Shown here: piece by piece, positions 1 to 9,793 of the stretch
Layout of the letters: the number at the start of each line of letters is the position of its first letter
Numbering within the stretch: the stretch's first letter is position 1
Virus record (IMG/VR): IMGVR_UViG_3300037882_002449
Span: 1-35,573 of that record
DNA: 35,573 nt
Source of the DNA: a virus
Taxonomy: Duplodnaviria; Caudoviricetes
Direction: 5' to 3' (one strand)
Notes under the pieces: model-generated
Seen by the model: only the letters and a program-made list of their open reading frames with translations
What the model was told of the DNA's origin: nothing
Databases searched by the model: none
Program-made: the position numbers and the translations under genes

Positions 1-11
1 ACGCCGTTTTT

Positions 12-356
12 ATGACACCGCTAGAACAAGCCGCCGCCGTGTATCTGCGCGAGCCGTGCAAGGGAAGCTTTTATTCAGACATAAGAGCTCACCAATTCAC
101 GGGCTACGTGATAGACGAGCCGGATTTTTTTGCTATGGGCAGGCCAGTGCCCAGATGCGCGGATGAATCCCTAATCCTCGACCCCTGGCACGCTTTCGAG
201 TTGGCTGAGTGTGACGCTTGGCTAGTCTGGCTAGTGGCTGGCGATGCGGCCAAGGCATGGCAAGCTTTCCCCTATCCTTTGCCTTGGGTGGGCTACGAGC
301 GGGAAAACAAACTCAGGTGGAAAGAGTGGGCGAGGCTCGCTAGAATAGCGGCATGA
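12..356 (+). CDS. Hypothetical protein (possibly GNAT-like, typical of terminase-portal interval)
   Basis: 114-aa ORF with ATG, Trp-rich C-terminus (AWLVWLVAGD...LPWVGYER); position upstream of the portal module. Confidence 0.6.
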   Translation: MTPLEQAAAVYLREPCKGSFYSDIRAHQFTGYVIDEPDFFAMGRPVPRCADESLILDPWHAFELAECDAWLVWLVAGDAAKAWQAFPYPLPWVGYERENKLRWKEWARLARIAA

Positions 357-457
357 GGACCGAAGAACTAGAGCCGTCCTGCCTGTGGCCAGCAGCAAAG
401 AAGCTAGCGCAGTGGCTAGCTTGGGCGGCGGCGTTGCTTTATCTGGTTTTGTATTGA
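353..457 (+). CDS. Small single-TM protein (34 aa, MRTEELEPSCLWPAAKKLAQWLAWAAALLYLVLY)
   Basis: Translated by hand; ATGA overlap with the stop of 12..356; hydrophobic C-terminus. Confidence 0.45.
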   Translation: MRTEELEPSCLWPAAKKLAQWLAWAAALLYLVLY

Positions 458-516
458 CGCCCTGAAGGCTGGCTTCTTTTCACTTGCGCTCAAAGCGTTT
501 GGCGTAGTGGTTGACC

Positions 517-900
517 ATGACTTGCGATCTTGGTTTTCCCATTCCCGGCCCTCACTTTGAGCGTGGGCTTTTCCAGCACGGCACGCTAGCCCGCCTGCAC
601 AAAGGAGGCGACAAGGGAGCAAGCGCACGATCTGAGGCGCTAGCTAAGCAGCAGATGAAGCAGCAGGCTAGCCAGCACAAGCAAAGCTTGGAGCTGATGC
701 AGATGCAAATGGAGCTAGCAAACCAGCCCGTGCCCACACCGGAGCCAACGCCGCCCCCTGTAGTGGAGACAGCCGCAGACGTGGCGCAGGCAGAAGACTC
801 TCTGCGCGACAAGCTTAGGAAGAAGAGCGGAAGGCGCACGGTTTACGCCGGACTTGGTGGAATAAATACCGCGCTGGGTAACGTAGGAAGCGCCGCCTAA
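517..900 (+). CDS. Putative virion assembly protein upstream of portal
   Basis: HKGG motif, Gln-rich coiled coil, Pro linker and basic tail (RKKSGRRTVYAG); stop overlaps the portal ATG; synteny with BPP-1/T7-like phages. Confidence 0.6.
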   Translation: MTCDLGFPIPGPHFERGLFQHGTLARLHKGGDKGASARSEALAKQQMKQQASQHKQSLELMQMQMELANQPVPTPEPTPPPVVETAADVAQAEDSLRDKLRKKSGRRTVYAGLGGINTALGNVGSAA

Positions 901-2522
901 TGATCGCAGACGCCAAAGCCATCTCTGACAAGTGGGAAACGCTTGATGGTTTTCAAGCAACATGGCGTCCACGCTGGGACGCTATCCGCAGGCACACCCA
1001 CCCCAGCCACGTAGTTAGCGCCAGCAAGCCAGCAGGCAGCAGCCCAAACGAGCCGCCCCGTTTATATGACATGACGATGGCTCACAGTCTGGTTGAGCTT
1101 GCCGCTGCCTTCATGCACTGGCTCTGCGATCCAAATGACCAGTGGTTCACGCTATCCTCCCCCATTGACGACCCGCAGGCTAAAGCTTGGTGCGATGGGG
1201 CCGGGGAATACATGCGCGATGCTCTAGCCACGTCGAATTTTTACGGACGCATTCACGAATGCTTTCTTGAAGGCTGCGGCCCCGGCACTACGGCTATCGT
1301 GACCGGACTCGACACCAGCCTTGAGTTTGAGAGTTGGCGTTGCGGAAGCTTCGTTTTTGAGGAAGACGCCAAGGGAAATCTTACGTGCATCATCTGGAAG
1401 CGCAGCCTTTCAGCTAAAGCAGCCTATGCCGAATATGGCGACGAGCTGCCGGAGAAAGCGCGCATGGACGCGCAGGACGTGCAGCGCCAAAACACAAAGC
1501 ACACCTTCCTTACTGCAATCTACAAGCGCACGCCTGAAGAACTAGCCAAGGTCAGCCAAGAAGCAGCAGAGGCAGGCAGTGTTTATGCCCTGCCCTACGC
1601 TTTGGCCGTGCTACACAAAGACAGCAAAACCATAGTGAGGGAAACGGGATACCATGCAATGCCCTGCTCTGTGTGGAAATACGAGACATGGCCAGCAGAT
1701 GAGGAGTCAGATGAAATGTATGGCTATTCCCCGGCTTGGCTAGCCTTGCCCGATGCGCGGAATGCTAACTATCTGCGATGGACTCAGCTAGAGCTTGCCA
1801 GTATCGCCAGCGGTCCCCGCCTGCTAGTATCCACCGACCATCAAGGCCCGGTTGATCTACGTCGAAACGGGATAACCAGAGTGGAAAACATGGCCAACGC
1901 GCCACGAGAATGGGCAACAGTGGCTAACTACCAAATCGGTGAAGACTCTTTGCAGCGTTGCGTGAGCGCGATTGAGCGCGTGTTTCAAAGTCAGTTGGTG
2001 CGGCAGTTTGGCCGGACGGACAAGGCAATGACCGCAACGGAAGTAACGGCCAGGATGCGCGAAACGCTCGCCATCTTTGCGCCCGTGGTGAACCTCTGCA
2101 TGACTTCTTTCCTGAAGCCAATCCTAGAGAGCGTGTTCACGCAGCTCTATTACAAGGGACTTCTCTCACAACTGCCTAAATCAATGGCCGCAGCAGGGCA
2201 AGCCCCACTCGTGAAGTTTTCCTCTCGCCTAGTGCAAGCACTGGAGGCAATGAAGGCAGACGGCTTTATTGAGATGGTGAACCTAGGTCTATCCATGCAG
2301 CAGGCAGGGCTAACCGTGATTGACAACCTCGACCTTGACCAAGGATTCCGCGAAAGAGCTCGAGTGCTGGGAGTATCCAACGACACGATAGTTCCCGAGC
2401 AGGAACGAGACGAGCGCAGAGAGCAGGCCGCAGCAGCAGCAGCAGAGCAACAGCAGCAAGCAATGATGTTGGAAGCCGCTAAAAATCCAGAGCTTGTCAA
2501 ACAGGTTTCGGCCGCTATGTAA
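900..2522 (+). CDS. Portal (head-to-tail connector) protein
   Basis: 540 aa; YGYSPAW and MTATEV..R motifs of the T7 gp8/Bbp21 portal family; Gln/Ala-rich C-terminus. Confidence 0.92.
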   Translation: MIADAKAISDKWETLDGFQATWRPRWDAIRRHTHPSHVVSASKPAGSSPNEPPRLYDMTMAHSLVELAAAFMHWLCDPNDQWFTLSSPIDDPQAKAWCDGAGEYMRDALATSNFYGRIHECFLEGCGPGTTAIVTGLDTSLEFESWRCGSFVFEEDAKGNLTCIIWKRSLSAKAAYAEYGDELPEKARMDAQDVQRQNTKHTFLTAIYKRTPEELAKVSQEAAEAGSVYALPYALAVLHKDSKTIVRETGYHAMPCSVWKYETWPADEESDEMYGYSPAWLALPDARNANYLRWTQLELASIASGPRLLVSTDHQGPVDLRRNGITRVENMANAPREWATVANYQIGEDSLQRCVSAIERVFQSQLVRQFGRTDKAMTATEVTARMRETLAIFAPVVNLCMTSFLKPILESVFTQLYYKGLLSQLPKSMAAAGQAPLVKFSSRLVQALEAMKADGFIEMVNLGLSMQQAGLTVIDNLDLDQGFRERARVLGVSNDTIVPEQERDERREQAAAAAAEQQQQAMMLEAAKNPELVKQVSAAM

Positions 2523-2528
2523 TGACAC

Positions 2529-2819
2529 ATGGCTTCGCTAATTGACGCGCTAGAAAAAACCCCCAGCTGGGAAGAAGCGGCTTCATCTTGCCTAGCAACT
2601 GAGGCTGGAATGAAGATGCTGGAGATTATGTGCCAAGTAGCGCACCCTCTGGCTAACCCTTTCACGGTTAGTAAAGACAGCACAGAAGCAGCCGTCATAG
2701 CCGGACGCCAAGAAGTTGTTGCCGCTCTTTTTAGACAAAGCCCCACTCAGAGAATACCATGCCCACCATCTCATTCCTCCCCGAAACAGGCGTCATCACG
2801 AAAGACGGCGAGCAAATAG
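2529..2819 (+). CDS. Bbp19-like small protein
   Basis: Immediately after portal; T.AG.K.L and GRQEVV motifs resemble the conserved post-portal gene. Confidence 0.65.
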   Translation: MASLIDALEKTPSWEEAASSCLATEAGMKMLEIMCQVAHPLANPFTVSKDSTEAAVIAGRQEVVAALFRQSPTQRIPCPPSHSSPKQASSRKTASK

Positions 2820-3175
2820 CCCATGCCAGCGGCTCGACAGTGACAAGCTGCAAGGTTATCGCGCCTCGCCATAAGTCAGAGATCAAAGGGCTGATGGGCG
2901 TTGAGTCCATCACTTGGCAAGTTCTGGAGCCGGAAGAGTCACCGCGTGAAGTGGCAATAAGCTGCGACTACACGGAGCCGGAGCCCGTGGCAGGAGCCGT
3001 GCTCGCTAAGCTCGATGAACCCAAGCCCAGCGCAGAGACACCACCACCACCGCCGCTAGACCCGCGCCTAGGCTGGCATACTCCCGGCTACCCAGAATGG
3101 GCCAAGGCACACGCGCCGGAGATATGGGCCAAAATGAAACTTGCTTCACCCTGCACCTACGGAGGTAATGAGTAA
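2759..3175 (+). CDS. Hypothetical protein
   Basis: 138-aa ORF between Bbp19-like and scaffold; Pro-rich segment PPPPPLDPRLGWHTP. Confidence 0.6.
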   Translation: MPTISFLPETGVITKDGEQIAHASGSTVTSCKVIAPRHKSEIKGLMGVESITWQVLEPEESPREVAISCDYTEPEPVAGAVLAKLDEPKPSAETPPPPPLDPRLGWHTPGYPEWAKAHAPEIWAKMKLASPCTYGGNE

Positions 3176-3181
3176 TCGACT

Positions 3182-4096
3182 ATGGACACGACCACAACAC
3201 CAGAGACACCAGCAGCAACGCCGCTTGAGGGCAGCATTGTTTCCCAAATCGCAACGCCAGAGGCAGCGCCAGCACCCAGCGCCAAAAGCTGGGGAGATGT
3301 ATTTGACGCAAGCAATGGAGCGCTGAAAGAAGGCTGGGAAAACCTAGTCGATGAGAAACACAGGGGGCTAGTCAAAGACACCCGCGACCTACCCACATTG
3401 GTGAAGCGCCTGCACGACACCACGACCAGCCTACGAGGGAAGCAAGAAGGGCTAGTCAAAGTGCCAGGAGAAGGTGCAACACCGGAAGAAATCGCAGCCT
3501 TTCACAAGGGCTTAGGCGTACCGGAGAAACCCGAAGACTACGACTTCACCCCACCAGAAGGAGCTGATTGGAACACCGATTTAATCGACCAGTTCAAGCC
3601 CGTTTTTCACAAGCTGGGAGTGCCGCCCAAGGCCGCGCGTGAGTTAGCGGCAATGCACGAACAACTAGTAGGCGAGCAAGTAAAGGCTGGCCAAGCCAGC
3701 GCCAAAGAATGGCTATCCAGCCAAACGAACGAAGTGATTCAACACTTTGGCGGCAAGCCGCAGGCACTAGAGACAGTGCGCGCTATCCTCGCCGATGGGG
3801 AAAAATACGGGCTCACCCCCACCAATACGGACTTTCTCCCGGCCAACGTGTGGAAATACGCAGGCGACCTGGTAAAGGAGCGTAACGACTTACGCGCTCA
3901 GGTAGAGGCACTGCGCGACCCAACCAAACCCACAGGCCAGAAGGCAGGGGCGGGCAATGTGTCAGCCCTGAGCGTAGAGCAGTTGAAAATGGAGGGAGCG
4001 CAAGGCTTAGCGGATCCGCGCTATATGTCTGACCCCACCTTCAGAGCAGCGATTGACGCCAAGTTCGCCGAAGCCTCGCGAAGAATGGCTCGCTAG
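3182..4096 (+). CDS. Capsid scaffolding protein
   Basis: Low-complexity N-terminus, VKVPGEGATPEEIAAFHKGLGVPEKPEDY motif, C-terminal DPRY..DP.F; directly before capsid. Confidence 0.85.
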   Translation: MDTTTTPETPAATPLEGSIVSQIATPEAAPAPSAKSWGDVFDASNGALKEGWENLVDEKHRGLVKDTRDLPTLVKRLHDTTTSLRGKQEGLVKVPGEGATPEEIAAFHKGLGVPEKPEDYDFTPPEGADWNTDLIDQFKPVFHKLGVPPKAARELAAMHEQLVGEQVKAGQASAKEWLSSQTNEVIQHFGGKPQALETVRAILADGEKYGLTPTNTDFLPANVWKYAGDLVKERNDLRAQVEALRDPTKPTGQKAGAGNVSALSVEQLKMEGAQGLADPRYMSDPTFRAAIDAKFAEASRRMAR

Positions 4097-4118
4097 CCTG
4101 CCACCACCACACCAAGAG

Positions 4119-4145
4119 AAGCGAGGCTAACCCCTCGCTTTTTTT
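4119..4145 (+). terminator. Rho-independent terminator
   Basis: AAGCGAGG-CTAACC-CCTCGCTT followed by a T run. Confidence 0.75.
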
Positions 4146-4306
4146 GTGATTTTCCGCTTGCTTCAAAAACTTTTGGCTTAGCCTTCCCCCATTAGCAGAC
4201 CGTTCCGCGCTTCCCTGCGACGCTACGCTCCCCCTGTGCGGCCCTCTGAAGAGGCTTCCCGTGTCACAAGAGCCCCCTTGTTTCACTCATTCCTCTTCAC
4301 AATTAT

Positions 4307-5227
4307 ATGGCTTCACAAGCAATCCCCGCCGATTTCGGCATTAAGTTCGCTTCCTCTTGGGAGTTGCAACAGCAACAGATGCAGTCTAAACTGGCTGGCA
4401 CTTTCGTCACTGACTCCGCCATCGGAGATGGCGTAACAGAGCGCTGGGTCAAAGACCTCACCGGAGATTTCGCCTTCGCGGAAAACAACGGACGGTTCGG
4501 GGAACTGAACGCAACCGAAGTGACCAGCGAAGACCGCCGATTGGTTATTCGTTCCTTTGAGTCTGCAAAGAAGTTCGACAAGAACGACCGCGTAAACTTA
4601 GAGAACGCATACCTACCGCAGTCCGAAACCATGCAGAGCCTACAGGCTTCATGGGGTCGCCGCCAGGACCAAATCATCATGGCCGCGATTTCCGACACGG
4701 TTTATGTTTCGCCGCGTGAGGCACCTGTCGCCACCACCCTTCCCGCGTCTCAGACGATTGCAGTGAACTACGTGCTCCCCGGCCAGACGGCAGCTAACAG
4801 CGGTCTCACCCCTTGGAAAATCCAAGAGGCTTTGCGCAAGCTAAAGACTGCCGAAGTGGACGTGACCGTCGAGCAGCCCGTTCTTGTCATCTCCCCTGCA
4901 CAAGAGCGCGACCTTCTCGTCTATGTATCCACGGCGCCTAACAACGTGTGGGCAACGATGATCTCGAAGTATTTCGAGAACCCGATGGGCGGCTTGATGG
5001 GCTGCAAAGTTATTGTGAGCAACCTGCTCACCGTAGCGTCAAACGTTCGTGACTGCCTGCTCTATACCCCCAAAGGTATTTTAGCAGCTCAGAGCAAGTT
5101 TGAGTTCAAGGTGGACGAGCTGCCTACACAACGGCACGCAATCCAACTGAGCGTTTATGCTCGCTTCTCCGCAATTCGCCGCTGGGACAGTCGCGTCACC
5201 CTCATTAAGTGCGACGAAACCCCATAA
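4307..5227 (+). CDS. Major capsid protein
   Basis: 306 aa; QQ..SKL N-terminus, GRRQDQII, GLMGCKVIVSNLL and C-terminal IKCDE typical of Bbp17/T7-like capsid; synteny. Confidence 0.9.
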   Translation: MASQAIPADFGIKFASSWELQQQQMQSKLAGTFVTDSAIGDGVTERWVKDLTGDFAFAENNGRFGELNATEVTSEDRRLVIRSFESAKKFDKNDRVNLENAYLPQSETMQSLQASWGRRQDQIIMAAISDTVYVSPREAPVATTLPASQTIAVNYVLPGQTAANSGLTPWKIQEALRKLKTAEVDVTVEQPVLVISPAQERDLLVYVSTAPNNVWATMISKYFENPMGGLMGCKVIVSNLLTVASNVRDCLLYTPKGILAAQSKFEFKVDELPTQRHAIQLSVYARFSAIRRWDSRVTLIKCDETP

Positions 5228-5277
5228 CCAGTCACCCTAGCAAGGTAAAGACAGAGACATCTAACTAACCAGGCACT

Positions 5278-5745
5278 ATGGCTAACTTCCCTTCCACCTA
5301 CTACACAGCCCAAACCGCAGTAAGTCCCCGCAACAACGCTCCCAGCGCTGATTCGGTAGACCAAAGCACCGAAAACGCTGTGCTCACCGTGACCATTCCA
5401 ACAGGCTCAACCATCGCCGCAACGGACTTTGCTCCGCTGATGCGGATTGTTAAGCCAGGGATGCAGGTCATTCCAGAAAAGTGCCGCATCCGGTGCAGCG
5501 TAACAAGCAACGACCTCAAATGGACTCTGCAATACATAGACACCGCAGGCACTGCAACCAACCTATCAGCGGAGTCTGGAGCAATGACGAACGCCGTCAT
5601 TACTCTGGCTTCTCCTTCCGCAACAACCCTGCCCCCTACTCTTGCAGTAGGCGGCTATCTGCGGCTTGACCCTAGCTCTGTGACCACAGGCGCGGCAGCT
5701 ACCTACCAGGTAGAGCTTGAGTTTCGTGTAGCAGGCGGGCACTAG
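5278..5745 (+). CDS. Capsid decoration/cement protein (Bbp16-like position)
   Basis: 155-aa Thr/Ala-rich beta protein immediately after capsid. Confidence 0.65.
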   Translation: MANFPSTYYTAQTAVSPRNNAPSADSVDQSTENAVLTVTIPTGSTIAATDFAPLMRIVKPGMQVIPEKCRIRCSVTSNDLKWTLQYIDTAGTATNLSAESGAMTNAVITLASPSATTLPPTLAVGGYLRLDPSSVTTGAAATYQVELEFRVAGGH

Positions 5746-5761
5746 GTTCACCCCTAACAAG

Positions 5762-5799
5762 GCCCGCGCTTTGCAGTGATGCAGGGCGCGGGCTTTTTT
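5762..5799 (+). terminator. Rho-independent terminator after capsid genes
   Basis: GCCCGCGCTTTGCA-GTGA-TGCAGGGCGCGGGC then TTTTTT. Confidence 0.9.
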
Positions 5800-5809
5800 G
5801 ATAACCGTT

Positions 5810-6622
5810 ATGACTGAAACAGACGTAGCAAACTTAGCGCTTTATCAGCTAGGCGACCACGGGGCTCTTGTTAATCTAGCCACCGACACCACGCCGCAGG
5901 CCCGTAAAGTGCGGCTATTCTACGAGCCCCGCAGGGATGCTTTGCAGCGCATGTTCCCCTGGAACTTCTGCATTGCTCGCTCCTACCTTACGCCTGTATT
6001 CGTCGCCATCACATCGCTCACGAACAGCAGCGGCAAAGTGTTAGTGACGCACAACAGCCACGGCTTAAACACGGGTGACAGGGTGACAATCAAGGACGTG
6101 GCGGGCATCACGGCAAACGGCACTTGGAGAATCACAGTTCTCACTAACCACACCTACACCCTCGACGGCTCAGCCTTTTCTGGTACAGTCACCGCCACGG
6201 GTAGCTACCACGTAGCGCCTAACAGCAAGTGGGCTTATCGTTATCCCAAGCCAAACGACTGCCTACGCGTCCACCAAGTGAACGGCAATTACGCCAGCGT
6301 GAGACAGCCCGACTTTGACCTTGAAGGCGACTACATCGTGACTGATGCCGCCACGGTGGAGTTGCGCTACACAGCCAAGCAGGACGACCCAGAAAAGTGG
6401 GACGCTCTTTTTTTGCAAGCCTTCGTTCACGACCTCGCCGCAAGTCTCGCTATTCCGCTGAGCCAATCAACCGCGCTACGCCAAATGATCGAGTCCGACC
6501 GCGACAAGATCATTCAGCAAGCCAGGGCTTCAGACGCTTTTGAATCAGAGAGTTGGGTGATTTTGCCCAGCCAAGACACAACAACCGCAGACGTGAGAGC
6601 CGGATTATGGGACGCCGTTTAA
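5810..6622 (+). CDS. Tail tubular protein A (adaptor) with inserted beta domain
   Basis: DVANLAL..LG, PWNFC, WAYRYPKPNDCLRV and WDALFLQAFVHDLAA motifs of T7 gp11-like adaptors. Confidence 0.88.
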   Translation: MTETDVANLALYQLGDHGALVNLATDTTPQARKVRLFYEPRRDALQRMFPWNFCIARSYLTPVFVAITSLTNSSGKVLVTHNSHGLNTGDRVTIKDVAGITANGTWRITVLTNHTYTLDGSAFSGTVTATGSYHVAPNSKWAYRYPKPNDCLRVHQVNGNYASVRQPDFDLEGDYIVTDAATVELRYTAKQDDPEKWDALFLQAFVHDLAASLAIPLSQSTALRQMIESDRDKIIQQARASDAFESESWVILPSQDTTTADVRAGLWDAV

Positions 6623-9393
6623 TATCTTCATTCAACGGGGGCGAGATGAGCCCGCTACTTTCTGCGCGTCTTGACACGGAGCGCAGCCTGAATGGCTGCC
6701 GCATCCTGAAGAACTTCATTCCAAAGACGCAGGGCGGGGCGATTCAGAGGCCGCCGCTTCATTACGTTGGAATATCTCATAACCAATCATTAGGGGAAAG
6801 CGCCCTTTTTCCATTCCAGTTTTCCACCTCTGCCAGGTATGTTCTAGAGATTGGCACAACAAACATTAAAATCTGGTCAATGGACGGCACAGAGACAAGT
6901 GTGATTTTTCCAAGCGGAGTATATCACTACATGGTCAACCCAAGACAGTTGCAGTTTTTCCAAGAGAATGACGTGCTGTGGTTTGCAGGAAGCGATATTT
7001 ACCCGTTTACCATCACCCGTGAAGAGTCAGGCTGGATTTATCGCTGGGTTTCCCCAGAATGGCCAGCGCTGGTCATTGACACGTTTGCCGAAAGCTCGGG
7101 AACTAGACCTTTGTATGGTGTAGTTTTTTCAGGCTCGCTAGCTAGCACCAACACGACTGCCGCTTTCCAACGCCAGTATAAAGACTTGGAAATCAGAACA
7201 ACAGGAACCGCGTTTGTTGGAACTATACAACTTCAACGCAGAACCCCACAATACACAGACGCGACAGGAGCCGTCATACCTGCATCCGCATACGTTACTG
7301 CCACAACTGTCACAAACGCATCATTAACAGATGAGCTAAGGGCAACTTACACGCACGATATAACAGCGGCCATTGTCTTGTCAGATAGTAACGTCGTATT
7401 CCCAGAATATCGTCTAGTAATAACTAGAACAAGCGGTTCTGGCACTGTCAATGTTCAAGCAGTGGGAGCATTTCCAAGCCGCACGATTGGAGGCTCATTC
7501 CAAGTTAGCGCAGTCTCACCAATAAACGGCTTTGCGGTGGCAAAATGGAGTCATGGCGGCATCATGTCCAATGAATGGGCTGGCCTTGGCGGCACGGGGG
7601 AAAATAACGCTGCCATGATCCAAGTGCGGCACGCGCGAGACACCGCAAAGCTCGCTCTCGGGCTTTCCGCTAGTGGCACAAGTTCAACCATTCAAATTAC
7701 TGGAGAGGTGTCCCTTGTTACGGTGGGAACTTGGCATGGGACAGTCAACCTTCAGCAGTTAGATGAAGTTAGCAATACATGGGAAACCCTGCAATTCTGG
7801 GATGGCAGCGGCAACCGCAATGTATCCGCCACGGTGGATATTGAAGGAAGTGACCGCTCATTAAGGCTTAATTTTGTTGATGCCGCAGGCACTCCCAGCG
7901 GAACCCCCACCGCTTACTTGCAGGCCATAGAAAGCAAGGCAACGGGGCTTGTTCGCCTTCACCGCCAGCCTGGCTGGCCACTTCTTCAGCCGCCCTCAAT
8001 GGCTGACTGGTGCGTTGTTAGAATTCTGAAAAGCCCCTACGCCACAACGCCAACCCGCTATTACAGCTACAACGCATGGAGGCCAGCGCAGGGCTACCCT
8101 AGGGCAGTCACCAAACATGAGCGCCGTTTGTGGTTTGGAGGAACTACTTTGGAACCGCAAAACCTATGGGCCAGCGAGATAGACGAGCCCCAGAACTTTA
8201 GCCTTGGCAACGACGACAACTCCCCATTGTCCATTCAGCTAAGCTCTAACAATTTCAACGAGGTGCAATGGATTCTGAGCCAGTCGGACGGCTTAGCAGT
8301 CGGAACCCGTGGCGACGAATGGGTGATAACTGGAGGAGACGCTAGTAAAGCTATAACTCCATCCAGCGTCATGGCTAGAAAGCAAAGCAGCTACGGAAGC
8401 GCTAGCATTGGTGCTATCAGCTTTGATGATGTTGCCTTATTCGTCCAACGTGGGGCGCAGAAAGTTAGGGAGTTTTCATATTCTTTTGAGAACAACAAGC
8501 ATGTATCAGTGGATTTATCAGTGTTTTCCGAGCATCTGCTAAGGGCCGGAGTCGTAGAGGTAGCTTATTCAAGCTCACCTGATGGCGTGCTTTATTGCGT
8601 TTTAGCAAACGGCACAATGTCTTGCATGACTTATGAGCGGGCTCAGGGCGTAGTTGCTTGGTTCACCGTCGAAACCACAGGAGGGCTTTTTGAATCTGTG
8701 GCGGTAATCAACGGGGAAGATGGACAGTCAGACGAAGTATGGGTGATAATCAACCGAGGCGGCACGCGCACAGTAGAACGCTACCGTTCTAATTGGTGGG
8801 GCTTAATCAACGAAACAGCAGGAGCTAGTACGGTCTATCTGGACGCCATGCAGACCATTGTTTTAACGGGGCTTATTAACCCGACGCTGCCAGCCGCCGC
8901 ATGGATGGAAGGCCAGCAAGTGCGGGTGATAGGGCTAAGCAGCGCGGGAGTTCGCACAGACTACGGGCTAAAAACCGTATCCTCTGGACTCGTTACCATT
9001 GGCAGTATTAGCAACCCTCAGCCTAATGGCACTTACTATCTAGGCTACACCTATGAGGCAAGGTTGAAAACGATGCCGATGGAGGCACAGCTGCCGGGAG
9101 GCTCTGCCCAAGGGATGCGCTGGAGAATCAGCCACCTCACCGCAGAGATTTTCCGCACAGGTGCAGGACAGTATAGGAGCAACAGCTCAATGTCTTGGGA
9201 GGATTTGCCCATCTCAAGCCAAGAGAGTTTGGAAGTCTCCCCAAACACCTACGGCCTTTTGAAAACAGGCAAAGTGCAAGCCTACGTCCCCGGCAGCTAC
9301 GTGCTAACTGTAGACATGGAATTTCGCAACGACTCGCCGCTGCCCTTGAATATCCTCGCGGTGACGCCTATCGTGGAACCCTATGGAAGCTAG
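6607..9393 (+). CDS. Tail tubular protein B (nozzle)
   Basis: SFNGGEMSP.L..R.D N-terminus, GYPRAV..HERRLWFGG, LFVQRG..KVREFSY motifs; start taken at ATG 6607. Confidence 0.9.
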   Translation: MGRRLISSFNGGEMSPLLSARLDTERSLNGCRILKNFIPKTQGGAIQRPPLHYVGISHNQSLGESALFPFQFSTSARYVLEIGTTNIKIWSMDGTETSVIFPSGVYHYMVNPRQLQFFQENDVLWFAGSDIYPFTITREESGWIYRWVSPEWPALVIDTFAESSGTRPLYGVVFSGSLASTNTTAAFQRQYKDLEIRTTGTAFVGTIQLQRRTPQYTDATGAVIPASAYVTATTVTNASLTDELRATYTHDITAAIVLSDSNVVFPEYRLVITRTSGSGTVNVQAVGAFPSRTIGGSFQVSAVSPINGFAVAKWSHGGIMSNEWAGLGGTGENNAAMIQVRHARDTAKLALGLSASGTSSTIQITGEVSLVTVGTWHGTVNLQQLDEVSNTWETLQFWDGSGNRNVSATVDIEGSDRSLRLNFVDAAGTPSGTPTAYLQAIESKATGLVRLHRQPGWPLLQPPSMADWCVVRILKSPYATTPTRYYSYNAWRPAQGYPRAVTKHERRLWFGGTTLEPQNLWASEIDEPQNFSLGNDDNSPLSIQLSSNNFNEVQWILSQSDGLAVGTRGDEWVITGGDASKAITPSSVMARKQSSYGSASIGAISFDDVALFVQRGAQKVREFSYSFENNKHVSVDLSVFSEHLLRAGVVEVAYSSSPDGVLYCVLANGTMSCMTYERAQGVVAWFTVETTGGLFESVAVINGEDGQSDEVWVIINRGGTRTVERYRSNWWGLINETAGASTVYLDAMQTIVLTGLINPTLPAAAWMEGQQVRVIGLSSAGVRTDYGLKTVSSGLVTIGSISNPQPNGTYYLGYTYEARLKTMPMEAQLPGGSAQGMRWRISHLTAEIFRTGAGQYRSNSSMSWEDLPISSQESLEVSPNTYGLLKTGKVQAYVPGSYVLTVDMEFRNDSPLPLNILAVTPIVEPYGS

Positions 9394-9793
9394 CTGGAAC
9401 GTCCGAGCCGCAACGGCTGAAGATCACGCGATTTTCTCCGAGTGGTTTGACGCGCACAACGAACCGCGCCCTCCCATGAATTTTCTTCCACCTGACTGCT
9501 ATATCGTAGAGAGAGACGGTGAGCCAGTGCTTACCGCCTCGTTTGCTCTCACCTTAGCAACACCCGTTGCGTATGTGGACTACGTGTGCAGCAGGCCAAA
9601 GACAAGCGGGCTTCTCGTAGCCAAGGCGGTGAAAAAGGCTGTGGCATTTTTTTGGGAAAACCACGGCGGGCCGTATGGGATTATCAGAGGATTAGCCAAA
9701 GGCCCACTAGCCAAGGCAGTGAAGAAAACAGGCGCAACCGTAAACACCAACCCCTCAAACGAAGTCTTTTTTTTATGGCATGGCCAATCGTAA
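9383..9793 (+). CDS. GNAT-like protein (T7 gp13 position)
   Basis: VRAATAED N-terminus typical of GNAT folds; follows nozzle. Confidence 0.6.
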   Translation: MEASWNVRAATAEDHAIFSEWFDAHNEPRPPMNFLPPDCYIVERDGEPVLTASFALTLATPVAYVDYVCSRPKTSGLLVAKAVKKAVAFFWENHGGPYGIIRGLAKGPLAKAVKKTGATVNTNPSNEVFFLWHGQS

